Shown: positions 26,801-39,245 of the stretch, in pieces | Layout: every line of letters begins with the position of its first letter | Numbering within the stretch: position 1 is the first letter of the stretch | Assembly: GCA_002269645.1 (NCBI GenBank) | Contig: NIVC01003656.1 | Span: 61,011 to 125,010, forward strand | Length of the DNA: 64,000 nucleotides | Direction of reading: 5' to 3' | From: Macrostomum lignano | Lineage: Eukaryota | Made by a program: the position numbers and the translations under genes | Notes under the pieces: model-generated | Told to the model about the DNA's origin: nothing | The model's input: only the letters and a program-made list of their open reading frames with translations | Databases searched by the model: none

Positions 26801-29800
26801 GAGCAATGTGTGTCATGTCTGCATCAGTTAGAGCAATGTGTGTCATGTCTGCATCAGTTAGAGCAATGTGTGTCATGTCTGCATCAGTTAGAGCAATGTG
26901 TGTCATGTCTGCATCAGTTAGAGCAATGTGTGTCATGTCTGCATCAGTTAGAGCAATGTGTGTCATGTCTGCATCAGTTAGAGCAATGTGTGTCATGTCT
27001 GCATCAGTTAGAGCAATGTGTGTCATGTCTGCATCAGTTAGAGCAATGTGTGTCATGTCTGCATCAGTTAGAGCAATGTGTGTCATGTCTGCATCAGTTA
27101 GAGCAATGTGTGTCATGTCTGCATCAGTTAGAGCAATGTGTGTCATGTCTGCATCAGTTAGAGCAATGTGTGTCATGTCTGCATCAGTTAGAGCAATGTG
27201 TGTCATGTCTGCATCAGTTAGAGCAATGTGTGTCATGTCTGCATCAGTTAGAGCAATGTGTGTCATGTCTGCATCAGTTAGAGCAATGTGTGTCATGTCT
27301 GCATCAGTTAGAGCAATGTGTGTCATGTCTGCATCAGTTAGAGCAATGTGTGTCATGTCTGCATCAGTTAGAGCAATGTGTGTCATGTCTGCATCAGTTA
27401 GAGCAATGTGTGTCATGTCTGCATCAGTTAGAGCAATGTGTGTCATGTCTGCATCAGTTAGAGCAATGTGTGTCATGTCTGCATCAGTTAGAGCAATGTG
27501 TGTCATGTCTGCATCAGTTAGAGCAATGTGTGTCATGTCTGCATCAGTGAGCAATGTGTGTCATGTCTGCATCAGTTAGAGCAATGTGTGTCATGTCTGC
27601 ATCAGTTAGAGCAATGTGTGTCATGTCTGCATCAGTTAGAGCAATGTGTGTCATGTCTGCATCAGTTAGAGCAATGTGTGTCATGTCTGCATCAGTTAGA
27701 GCAATGTGTGTCATGTCTGCATCAGTTAGAGCAATGTGTGTCATGTCTGCATCAGTTAGAGCAATGTGTGTCATGTCTGCATCAGTTAGAGCAATGTGTG
27801 TCATGTCTGCATCAGTTAGAGCAATGTGTGTCATGTCTGCATCAGTTAGAGCAATGTGTGTCATGTCTGCATCAGTTAGAGCAATGTGTGTCATGTCTGC
27901 ATCAGTTAGAGCAATGTGTGTCATGTCTGCATCAGTTAGAGCAATGTGTGTCATGTCTGCATCAGTTAGAGCAATGTGTGTCATGTCTGCATCAGTTAGA
28001 GCAATGTGTGTCATGTCTGCATCAGTTAGAGCAATGTGTGTCATGTCTGCATCAGTTAGAGCAATGTGTGTCATGTCTGCATCAGTTAGAGCAATGTGTG
28101 TCATGTCTGCATCAGTTAGAGCAATGTGTGTCATGTCTGCATCAGTTAGAGCAATGTGTGTCATGTCTGCATCAGTTAGAGCAATGTGTGTCATGTCTGC
28201 ATCAGTTAGAGCAATGTGTGTCATGTCTGCATCAGTTAGAGCAATGTGTGTCATGTCTGCATCAGTTAGAGCAATGTGTGTCATGTCTGCATCAGTTAGA
28301 GCAATGTGTGTCATGTCTGCATCAGTTAGAGCAATGTGTGTCATGTCTGCATCAGTTAGAGCAATGTGTGTCATGTCTGCATCAGTTAGAGCAATGTGTG
28401 TCATGTCTGCATCAGTTAGAGCAATGTGTGTCATGTCTGCATCAGTTAGAGCAATGTGTGTCATGTCTGCATCAGTTAGAGCAATGTGTGTCATGTCTGC
28501 ATCAGTTAGAGCAATGTGTGTCATGTCTGCATCAGTTAGAGCAATGTGTGTCATGTCTGCATCAGTTAGAGCAATGTGTGTCATGTCTGCATCAGTTAGA
28601 GCAATGTGTGTCATGTCTGCATCAGTTAGAGCAATGTGTGTCATGTCTGCATCAGTTAGAGCAATGTGTGTCATGTCTGCATCAGTTAGAGCAATGTGTG
28701 TCATGTCTGCATCAGTTAGAGCAATGTGTGTCATGTCTGCATCAGTTAGAGCAATGTGTGTCATGTCTGCATCAGTTAGAGCAATGTGTGTCATGTCTGC
28801 ATCAGTTAGAGCAATGTGTGTCATGTCTGCATCAGTTAGAGCAATGTGTGTCATGTCTGCATCAGTTAGAGCAATGTGTGTCATGTCTGCATCAGTTAGA
28901 GCAATGTGTGTCATGTCTGCATCAGTTAGAGCAATGTGTGTCATGTCTGCATCAGTTAGAGCAATGTGTGTCATGTCTGCATCAGTTAGAGCAATGTGTG
29001 TCATGTCTGCATCAGTTAGAGCAATGTGTGTCATGTCTGCATCAGTTAGAGCAATGTGTGTCATGTCTGCATCAGTTAGAGCAATGTGTGTCATGTCTGC
29101 ATCAGTTAGAGCAATGTGTGTCATGTCTGCATCAGTTAGAGCAATGTGTGTCATGTCTGCATCAGTTAGAGCAATGTGTGTCATGTCTGCATCAGTTAGA
29201 GCAATGTGTGTCATGTCTGCATCAGTTAGAGCAATGTGTGTCATGTCTGCATCAGTTAGAGCAATGTGTGTCATGTCTGCATCAGTTAGAGCAATGTGTG
29301 TCATGTCTGCATCAGTTAGAGCAATGTGTGTCATGTCTGCATCAGTTAGAGCAATGTGTGTCATGTCTGCATCAGTTAGAGCAATGTGTGTCATGTCTGC
29401 ATCAGTTAGAGCAATGTGTGTCATGTCTGCATCAGTTAGAGCAATGTGTGTCATGTCTGCATCAGTTAGAGCAATGTGTGTCATGTCTGCATCAGTTAGA
29501 GCAATGTGTGTCATGTCTGCATCAGTTAGAGCAATGTGTGTCATGTCTGCATCAGTTAGAGCAATGTGTGTCATGTCTGCATCAGTTAGAGCAATGTGTG
29601 TCATGTCTGCATCAGTTAGAGCAATGTGTGTCATGTCTGCATCAGTTAGAGCAATGTGTGTCATGTCTGCATCAGTTAGAGCAATGTGTGTCATGTCTGC
29701 ATCAGTTAGAGCAATGTGTGTCATGTCTGCATCAGTTAGAGCAATGTGTGTCATGTCTGCATCAGTTAGAGCAATGTGTGTCATGTCTGCATCAGTTAGA

Positions 29801-32800
29801 GCAATGTGTGTCATGTCTGCATCAGTTAGAGCAATGTGTGTCATGTCTGCATCAGTTAGAGCAATGTGTGTCATGTCTGCATCAGTTAGAGCAATGTGTG
29901 TCATGTCTGCATCAGTTAGAGCAATGTGTGTCATGTCTGCATCAGTTAGAGCAATGTGTGTCATGTCTGCATCAGTTAGAGCAATGTGTGTCATGTCTGC
30001 ATCAGTTAGAGCAATGTGTGTCATGTCTGCATCAGTTAGAGCAATGTGTGTCATGTCTGCATCAGTTAGAGCAATGTGTGTCATGTCTGCATCAGTTAGA
30101 GCAATGTGTGTCATGTCTGCATCAGTTAGAGCAATGTGTGTCATGTCTGCATCAGTTAGAGCAATGTGTGTCATGTCTGCATCAGTTAGAGCAATGTGTG
30201 TCATGTCTGCATCAGTTAGAGCAATGTGTGTCATGTCTGCATCAGTTAGAGCAATGTGTGTCATGTCTGCATCAGTTAGAGCAATGTGTGTCATGTCTGC
30301 ATCAGTTAGAGCAATGTGTGTCATGTCTGCATCAGTTAGAGCAATGTGTGTCATGTCTGCATCAGTTAGAGCAATGTGTGTCATGTCTGCATCAGTTAGA
30401 GCAATGTGTGTCATGTCTGCATCAGTTAGAGCAATGTGTGTCATGTCTGCATCAGTTAGAGCAATGTGTGTCATGTCTGCATCAGTTAGAGCAATGTGTG
30501 TCATGTCTGCATCAGTTAGAGCAATGTGTGTCATGTCTGCATCAGTTAGAGCAATGTGTGTCATGTCTGCATCAGTTAGAGCAATGTGTGTCATGTCTGC
30601 ATCAGTTAGAGCAATGTGTGTCATGTCTGCATCAGTTAGAGCAATGTGTGTCATGTCTGCATCAGTTAGAGCAATGTGTGTCATGTCTGCATCAGTTAGA
30701 GCAATGTGTGTCATGTCTGCATCAGTTAGAGCAATGTGTGTCATGTCTGCATCAGTTAGAGCAATGTGTGTCATGTCTGCATCAGTTAGAGCAATGTGTG
30801 TCATGTCTGCATCAGTTAGAGCAATGTGTGTCATGTCTGCATCAGTTAGAGCAATGTGTGTCATGTCTGCATCAGTTAGAGCAATGTGTGTCATGTCTGC
30901 ATCAGTTAGAGCAATGTGTGTCATGTCTGCATCAGTTAGAGCAATGTGTGTCATGTCTGCATCAGTTAGAGCAATGTGTGTCATGTCTGCATCAGTTAGA
31001 GCAATGTGTGTCATGTCTGCATCAGTTAGAGCAATGTGTGTCATGTCTGCATCAGTTAGAGCAATGTGTGTCATGTCTGCATCAGTTAGAGCAATGTGTG
31101 TCATGTCTGCATCAGTTAGAGCAATGTGTGTCATGTCTGCATCAGTTAGAGCAATGTGTGTCATGTCTGCATCAGTTAGAGCAATGTGTGTCATGTCTGC
31201 ATCAGTTAGAGCAATGTGTGTCATGTCTGCATCAGTTAGAGCAATGTGTGTCATGTCTGCATCAGTTAGAGCAATGTGTGTCATGTCTGCATCAGTTAGA
31301 GCAATGTGTGTCATGTCTGCATCAGTTAGAGCAATGTGTGTCATGTCTGCATCAGTTAGAGCAATGTGTGTCATGTCTGCATCAGTTAGAGCAATGTGTG
31401 TCATGTCTGCATCAGTTAGAGCAATGTGTGTCATGTCTGCATCAGTTAGAGCAATGTGTGTCATGTCTGCATCAGTTAGAGCAATGTGTGTCATGTCTGC
31501 ATCAGTTAGAGCAATGTGTGTCATGTCTGCATCAGTTAGAGCAATGTGTGTCATGTCTGCATCAGTTAGAGCAATGTGTGTCATGTCTGCATCAGTTAGA
31601 GCAATGTGTGTCATGTCTGCATCAGTTAGAGCAATGTGTGTCATGTCTGCATCAGTTAGAGCAATGTGTGTCATGTCTGCATCAGTTAGAGCAATGTGTG
31701 TCATGTCTGCATCAGTTAGAGCAATGTGTGTCATGTCTGCATCAGTTAGAGCAATGTGTGTCATGTCTGCATCAGTTAGAGCAATGTGTGTCATGTCTGC
31801 ATCAGTTAGAGCAATGTGTGTCATGTCTGCATCAGTTAGAGCAATGTGTGTCATGTCTGCATCAGTTAGAGCAATGTGTGTCATGTCTGCATCAGTTAGA
31901 GCAATGTGTGTCATGTCTGCATCAGTTAGAGCAATGTGTGTCATGTCTGCATCAGTTAGAGCAATGTGTGTCATGTCTGCATCAGTTAGAGCAATGTGTG
32001 TCATGTCTGCATCAGTTAGAGCAATGTGTGTCATGTCTGCATCAGTTAGAGCAATGTGTGTCATGTCTGCATCAGTTAGAGCAATGTGTGTCATGTCTGC
32101 ATCAGTGAGCAATGTGTGTCATGTCTGCATCAGTTAGAGCAATGTGTGTCATGTCTGCATCAGTGAGCAATGTGTGTCATGTCTGCATCAGTTAGAGCAA
32201 TGTGTGTCATGTCTGCATCAGTTAGAGCAATGTGTGTCATGTCTGCATCAGTTAGAGCAATGTGTGTCATGTCTGCATCAGTTAGAGCAATGTGTGTCAT
32301 GTCTGCATCAGTTAGAGCAATGTGTGTCATGTCTGCATCAGTTAGAGCAATGTGTGTCATGTCTGCATCAGTTAGAGCAATGTGTGTCATGTCTGCATCA
32401 GTTAGAGCAATGTGTGTCATGTCTGCATCAGTTAGAGCAATGTGTGTCATGTCTGCATCAGTTAGAGCAATGTGTGTCATGTCTGCATCAGTTAGAGCAA
32501 TGTGTGTCATGTCTGCATCAGTTAGAGCAATGTGTGTCATGTCTGCATCAGTGAGCAATGTGTGTCATGTCTGCATCAGTTAGAGCAATGTGTGTCATGT
32601 CTGCATCAGTTAGAGCAATGTGTGTCATGTCTGCATCAGTTAGAGCAATGTGTGTCATGTCTGCATCAGTTAGAGCAATGTGTGTCATGTCTGCATCAGT
32701 TAGAGCAATGTGTGTCATGTCTGCATCAGTTAGAGCAATGTGTGTCATGTCTGCATCAGTTAGAGCAATGTGTGTCATGTCTGCATCAGTTAGAGCAATG

Positions 32801-33612
32801 TGTGTCATGTCTGCATCAGTTAGAGCAATGTGTGTCATGTCTGCATCAGTTAGAGCAATGTGTGTCATGTCTGCATCAGTTAGAGCAATGTGTGTCATGT
32901 CTGCATCAGTTAGAGCAATGTGTGTCATGTCTGCATCAGTTAGAGCAATGTGTGTCATGTCTGCATCAGTTAGAGCAATGTGTGTCATGTCTGCATCAGT
33001 TAGAGCAATGTGTGTCATGTCTGCATCAGTTAGAGCAATGTGTGTCATGTCTGCATCAGTTAGAGCAATGTGTGTCATGTCTGCATCAGTTAGAGCAATG
33101 TGTGTCATGTCTGCATCAGTTAGAGCAATGTGTCATGTCTGCATCAGTTAGAGCAATGTGTGTCATGTCTGCATCAGTTAGAGCAATGTGTGTCATGTCT
33201 GCATCAGTTAGAGCAATGTGTGTCATGTCTGCATCAGTCATGTCTGCATCAGTTAGAGCAATGTGTGTCATGTCTGCATCAGTTAGAGCAATGTGTATCA
33301 TGTCTGCATCAGTTAGAGCAATGTGTGTCATGTCTGCATCAGTTAGAGCAATGTGTGTCATGTCTGCATCAGTTAGAGCAATGTGTATCATGTCTGCATC
33401 AGTTAGAGCAATGTGTATCATGTCTGCATCAGTTAGAGCAATGTGTATCATGTCTGCATCAGTTAGAGCAATGTGTATCATGTCTGCATCAGTTAGAGCA
33501 ATGTGTATCATGTCTGCATCAGTTAGAGCAATGTGTCATGTCTGCATCAGTTAGAGCAATGTGTCATGTCTGCATCAGTTAGAGCAATGTGTATTATGTC
33601 TGCAAGTTAGAG
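14861..33612. repeat. 30-bp satellite array (GAGCAATGTGTGTCATGTCTGCATCAGTTA), ~18.7 kb, ~625 copies
   Basis: Exact 30-nt periodicity. Near-perfect core at 21.1-33.1 kb, with variant units at both edges. Confidence 0.99.
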
Positions 33613-34113
33613 AATTCATGCTGCAAGTTAGAGGCTTTTATGCTTTAGAAATGTGTTAGTCTCAAGTTAAGCAAGCTTGCCTCCTTTAAGCATTTCCTTC
33701 TGTATCCTTCTGCTTGCAGTCTCATCCTGAGGATTGCAATCGTGAGCAGCTTGCATTCTGATTAGTTCTGGCGTTTCGCATCTGAGCATGCGTGCAGTGC
33801 CAGGAGAGAAGAGATCTGACAAGCGACGGGCTCCCAAATGACAAGTGCTGATCTGCAAGGAGGCAAATGACTCACTGGCTCAGAGAGGCAAGGCAGACTG
33901 ACAGAGAGCAAGGGCAGGCTGCACAGAAGCAGACAGCGCACAGAGAGCATTGGCTTGGCTGGGCCAATCGCAGAGCTTGGGAGGGCCCTATTAATTAAGG
34001 CGCACATTGAGGTGGTTTTGCACAGTAAACAGGACGCGCAGGTTATCCAAGGAATTCGGCAGTTTACTGACAGTTCAAATCGCTAAACTCGGCTTTTAAA
34101 AGCGGCAAGGACG

Positions 34114-36641
34114 ATGGAGAATCAGCAGAAGCAGCAGCCGGAGCAGAAGCAGTCTCGTGAGGAGGCCTGCGGCGATGCGGCCCCGGTGCCGCCGAGTCAG
34201 TTTCTGCAGCGCAGGAGAGCCGGACGCGCCGCGGTCGCGGCTGCCTTCGGCGAGCGACCGCAGCCGCGCCCGAGAAGGCGCGGCAGCCGCTGCCAGCCGG
34301 GATGATGTCGGTGATGGGGCGGCCGGTGCAGCTGGCCAGGCGGATGTCCACAGTGGAGATGGTGGTGCACAATGAGGAGGGCGAGACAGAAGAGGTCGAG
34401 ATCGACGTGGCGGACGTGGAGACAGAGGGTGAGCTGAGCTTCCAAGCATTGCCCCCATGGTGTTTAAAGTCTCTTGATGGATGCCTCTACGCCAAGCATT
34501 GCCCCCATGGTGTTTAAAGTCTCTTGATGGATGCCTCTACGCCAAGCATTGCTCCCATGGTGTTTAAAGTCTCTTGATGGATGCCTCTACGCCAAGCATT
34601 GCCCCCATGGTGTTTAAAGTCTCTTGATGGATGCCTCTACGCCAAGCATTGCCCCCATGGTGTTTAAAGTCTCTTGATGGATGCCTCTACGCCAAGCATT
34701 GCCCCCATGGTGTTTAAAGTCTCTTGATGGATGCCTCTACGCCAAGTGGCACCACGGCGAATGAATATTTATTAGCATTCCCTATCATAGCTGTAGTTCT
34801 GTAGACATTCAAGCTGCATTCGTGCTTGTCTCCTCTTTTTAAAAAGATGGGCCTATTAACTAAATCTGATGCAAAAAGAATGCAGTGTGTAAGAAAATGG
34901 CTGGCTGTGTAACAATATCTGCTTTTACTCAGAGCGCCTAAAAGCTTCTTTGAGCCTTATCAAATACAAGTGACCTCGTCGTGCTTCACGCAATTTGCCA
35001 TTTTTCCTACCTGATCATCTATAGGGATCAATTTTCACAGCAAAGGCGGGGATCAGGTGACAGGGCGCGAATTTGGGAAAGGAAGACGAATACCTGATCA
35101 TGGCACTAATGAAGTAATGATTGCTCCTGAGATCAAAAGGCTTTACTATTAAAGACTCTGAAACTTGTATGAGAATAATTGTATATCCAAAAATTGATTG
35201 AGGCGTGTCTAAGTTTCTGATTGGATGACGGGTGTCTAAGTTTCTGATTAAATGAGGGGTGCTAAGGTTTTGATTGGAATGACGGGCGTCTAAGTTTCTG
35301 ATTAAATGAGGGGTGCTAAGGTTAAAGGTTTTGATTGGATGAGGGGTGTCTAAAGCTCTGATAGGATGAGGGTGTCTAAGGCTCTAATTGGATGAGGGGT
35401 GTGTCTAAGGTTCTGATTGGATGAGGGGTGTGTCTAAGGTTCTGATTGGATGAGGGGTGTGTCTAAGGTTCTGATTGGATGAGGGGTGTGTCTAAGGTTC
35501 TGATTGGATGACGGGTGTCTAAGTTTCTGATTAAATGAGGGGTGCTAAGGTTAAAGGTTTTGATTGGATGAGGGGTGTCTAAAGCTCTGATAGGATGAGG
35601 GTGTCTAAGGCTCTAATTGGATGAGGGGTGTGTCTAAGGTTCTGATTGGATGAGGGGTGTGTCTAAGGTTCTGATTGGATGAGGGGTGTGTCTAAGGTTC
35701 TGATTGGATGAGGGGTGTGTCTAAGGTTCTGATTGGATGAGGGGTGTGTCTAAGGTTCTGATTGGATGAGGGGTGTCTAAGGCTCTGATTGGATGAGGGG
35801 TGTGTCTAAGGTTCTGATTGGATGAGGGGTGTGTCTAAGGTTCTGATTGGATGAGGGGTGTGTCTAAGGTTCTGATTGGATGAGGGGTGTCTAAGGTTCT
35901 GATTGGATGAGGGGTGTCTAAGGTTCTGATTGGAACATTCTCCCCCCAAGCTCTTCTCTCTAATTGTTCCGGGTTTTGTGAAATTGTTCCTTAGAGTTAA
36001 GCTTAGAGGTCATAAGCATATACTACAGATTCCCTTAAGTAACCATAGAGGTTTCCACCCACTTTCTTGTCTCACCAAGACCGTTAATCTGTTTAGATAG
36101 CGAACTTTGCTGTCCATAGCATTCTATCCCCGAGCTAAAGTTCCGGTATTGTCTTTGGTATTTGTGCTATTTGTACGTGTATTACTTGGATGAAGCTGAA
36201 GTATCAACACTGATGGATGCTTTGGGTAAGCCCCTGTGGAGCAGGTGATCAGGGAGGGGCCAGCGGAATGGGCCTACCTGCCTCCCGCCACGCTGATTGC
36301 GGGTCGACTTATTCGCTACAGTAAACACGAGCAGCTACTAACTGATTTTCTCCCAATTCTCCCGAAAACTCCCAGCGGGTTCCCAGCGCAGCGGCTCCAG
36401 TATCTCTGACCGCATCAGCCGCAGGCGCAACTCCGAGCTGGCAGCCGACATCATCCGATTGTCGGCCGCGCACAGGCGCCGCGAATTCGTCCAGCTGCTC
36501 AACGAGCACCGCGCCATTGTGCATCAGCTGCAAACCACCGGTGTCGCTTCTGACAGTCGGCGCTCGAACCAGCGACCTCCGTCGCTGGCCGGCGTTATTC
36601 AAGAGGGAAGCGTGGAAGAAAAGGACAAAGAGAACTGTTGA
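34114..36641 (+). CDS. Unidentified + strand coding exons (gene B, possibly the 3' part of gene A): exon ~34114/34210-34428 and terminal exon 36376-36641
   Basis: GC-rich exon ending ...STVEMVVHNEEGETEEVEIDVADVETEG|GTGAG (phase 1). TACTAAC branch at 36336 and CCCAG acceptor at 36375 give in-phase AGSQRSGSSISDRISRRRNSELAADIIRLSAAHRRREFVQLLNEHRAIVHQL...ENC*. The 5' part is ambiguous. Confidence 0.5.
34442..34746. repeat. 50-bp tandem repeat, 6 near-identical copies
   Basis: CCAAGCATTGCCCCCATGGTGTTTAAAGTCTCTTGATGGATGCCTCTACG at 50-nt steps. Confidence 0.97.
35203..35934. repeat. ~27-29-bp minisatellite (TCTGATTGGATGAGGGGTGTGTCTAAGGT)
   Basis: About 25 units, more diverged at the left end. Confidence 0.93.
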
Positions 36642-36922
36642 ACCGCTGAATTCCCGGGAGAAGTCATACTTGCCTCAGCTGATGATTAACTTGGATTTTA
36701 TCGAGTGTCATATGACAATTCTTATACTGTTAGTAACACTGTTACAACAGAAAAAATTCCTATTTAGAAACATTCTGCGCATGAAAGCGCAAAGTTTTGA
36801 ATATTTTGTCCGTCATTCTTTTTTGAAAATACATGTATATTGTACCAATATTTCGTTGATCCATTGCAAAGATAACACCTTTTATTGATGCTTTGTGTTG
36901 AGCAAACAGCCACCTCTAGCAG

Positions 36923-38228
36923 AAACTGACCTCAGATGACTGTGGTTGAGACTGACCTCAGATGGCTGATTGAGACTGACCTCAGATGACTGTGGTTGAG
37001 ACTGACCTCAGATGGCTGATTGAGACTGACCTCAGATGACTGTGGTTGAGACTGACCTAAGATGACTGATTGAGACTGACCTCAGATGACTGTGGTTGAG
37101 ACCGACCTCAGATGGCTGATTGAGACTGACCTAAGATGACTGTGGTTGAGACTGACCTCAGATGGCTGATTGAGACCGACCTAAGATGACTGATTGAGAC
37201 TGACCTCAGATGACTGTGGTTGAGACTGACCTCAGATGGCTGATTGAGACTGACCTCAGATGGCTGATTGAGACTGACCTCAGATGGCTGATTGAGACTG
37301 ACCTCAGATGGCTGATTGAGACTGACCTCAGATGGCTGATTGAGACTGACCTCAGATGGCTGATTGAGACTGACCTAAGATGACTGGTTGCGACTGACCT
37401 AAGATGACTGTGGTTGAGACTGACCTTAGATGACTGATTGAGACTGACCTAAGATGACTGATTGAGACTGACCTCAGATGATTGTGGTTGAGACTGACCT
37501 CAGATGACTGTGGTTGAGACTGACTTCAGATGGCTGATTGAGACTGACCTCAGATGATTGTGGTTGAGACTGACTTCAGATGGCTGATTGAGACTAACCT
37601 CAGATGACTGATTGAGACTGACCTCAGATGGCTGATTGAGACTGACCTCAGATGGCTGATTGAGACTGACCTCAGATGATTGTGGTGGAGACTGACCTCA
37701 GATGACTGTGGTGGAGACTGACCTCAGATGATTGTGGTTGAGACTGACTTCAGATGGCTGATTGAGACTGACCTAAGATGACTGATTGAGACTGACCTCA
37801 GATGGCTGATTGAGACTGACCTCAGATGGCTGATTGAGACTGACCTCAGATGATTGTGGTGGAGACTGACCTCAGATGACTGTGGTGGAGACTGACCTCA
37901 GATGATTGTGGTGGAGACAGACCTCAGATGACTGTGGTGGAGACTGACCTCAGATGACTGTGGTGGAGACTGACCTCAGATGACTGATTGAGACAGACCT
38001 CAGATGAATGTGGTGGAGACAGACCTCAGATGACTGTGGTGGAGACAGACCTCAGATGGCTGATTGAGACTGACCTCAGATGACTGATTGAGACTGACCT
38101 CAGATGGCTGATTGAGACTGACCTCAGATGATTGTGGTGGAGACTGACCTCAGATGACTGTGGTGGAGACTGACCTCAGATGACTGTGGTGGAGACAGAC
38201 CTCAGATAACTGTGGTGGAGACAGACAT
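36923..38228. repeat. Mixed 24/26-bp minisatellite (GAGACTGACCTCAGATG + GCTGATT or ACTGTGGTT)
   Basis: A constant 17-nt core interspersed with two alternative tails. Confidence 0.95.
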
Positions 38229-39245
38229 TGGTATTTTAACTTCATTACAATCGGAATCTTACAGCTTTAGTCTTTAAATTGTGCACTGCTTTTTATATAA
38301 AATTAGCCGCCAAAGCAACAGCAAACTGAGGAACTTGATGCGTAATCAACTAATCAACCTGTATTTGTGTTACTTCCATCGCAGAAGTGCACCAAGAGAT
38401 GCCACTGACTCAATGACCAGTAGTCCTGAGTGCCCGCCCGGCCAATTAGTCGAAGCGCTGGCAGTGAAAAATGGACAGAGCGAGCGGCATTCATCTACGC
38501 AGCAAGCAAGTAAGATATCGGGCATGCTGAGCAAGCAGTCTATCATCATGCCGCGCTAAGAGCCGCGACAGGCCGCTCACCACCTCTTGGGACGCCTGTC
38601 CGCGATGTCTCAATGTGTCAGTCGCTAATTTCATGCGACGGACGCACGAGGCTGGCTGAAAAAACAGACGGGACAAGGGAAGAGTGCGAGAAGATGCTGA
38701 GAACTCAGCTGCGAGACTCAAATAGGAAGGCGGGGCCATCCAGCAAAACTGAATCATTAGCCTCGCAACTAGCAGACGAGAAAATTGCCACTGCCTAGCG
38801 CTGAAATCAAAGACAAAAAATCCTCAAGGCGACTGTCTAATACTCGCATACTCGCAGTCGATCCTGCCCTTGACTTTCTGTTTAATTGAAAACAAGTCAG
38901 AACTGAAGTCGGGACGATATTAATATTTATAAAGAACATCGCGGAACACCCGAGAGCGTTTAACTTTTTTATTAACTGCAAAAGTTAAAACAAATAACCT
39001 GCTGAACAGACTAGCGGGGAAATACAGATCTTCAAATTTTATGATATAAACTGTAGCTTTTTAGCTTTTATAAAAAATGCTTAAAATCGCGACAAGCAGA
39101 AACCAGAGCAGCCAAGTAGCAAATTAGCAAAGTGCACTTATGATCCGGCCTTGGTTTGACAAGGTTTGAAAAGCACATGAGACATTTATGAACCCTTTAG
39201 AGAATAAAGGTTCTAAATATTTAGGTTCTAAGGCACTTAGCCGTT

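Noticed and set aside
14876-33582. Giant ORFs (up to 2157 aa) of LEQCVSCLHQ / MCVMSASVRA / MTHIALTDAD repeats, superficially like multi-heme or zinc-binding proteins
   Set aside because: The 30-bp unit is a multiple of 3 and stop-free in three frames, and frames swap at every indel. The motif is CxxCxH, not the heme-c CxxCH.
36923-38228. Constant core with alternating tails resembling a CRISPR array
   Set aside because: Only two short recurring tails rather than unique spacers, eukaryotic context, and no cas genes.
38281-39230. Exon-like or transposon-like island between two arrays
   Set aside because: One AG...GTAAG-bounded segment, but no recognisable product, linkable neighbours or clean TIR/TSD.
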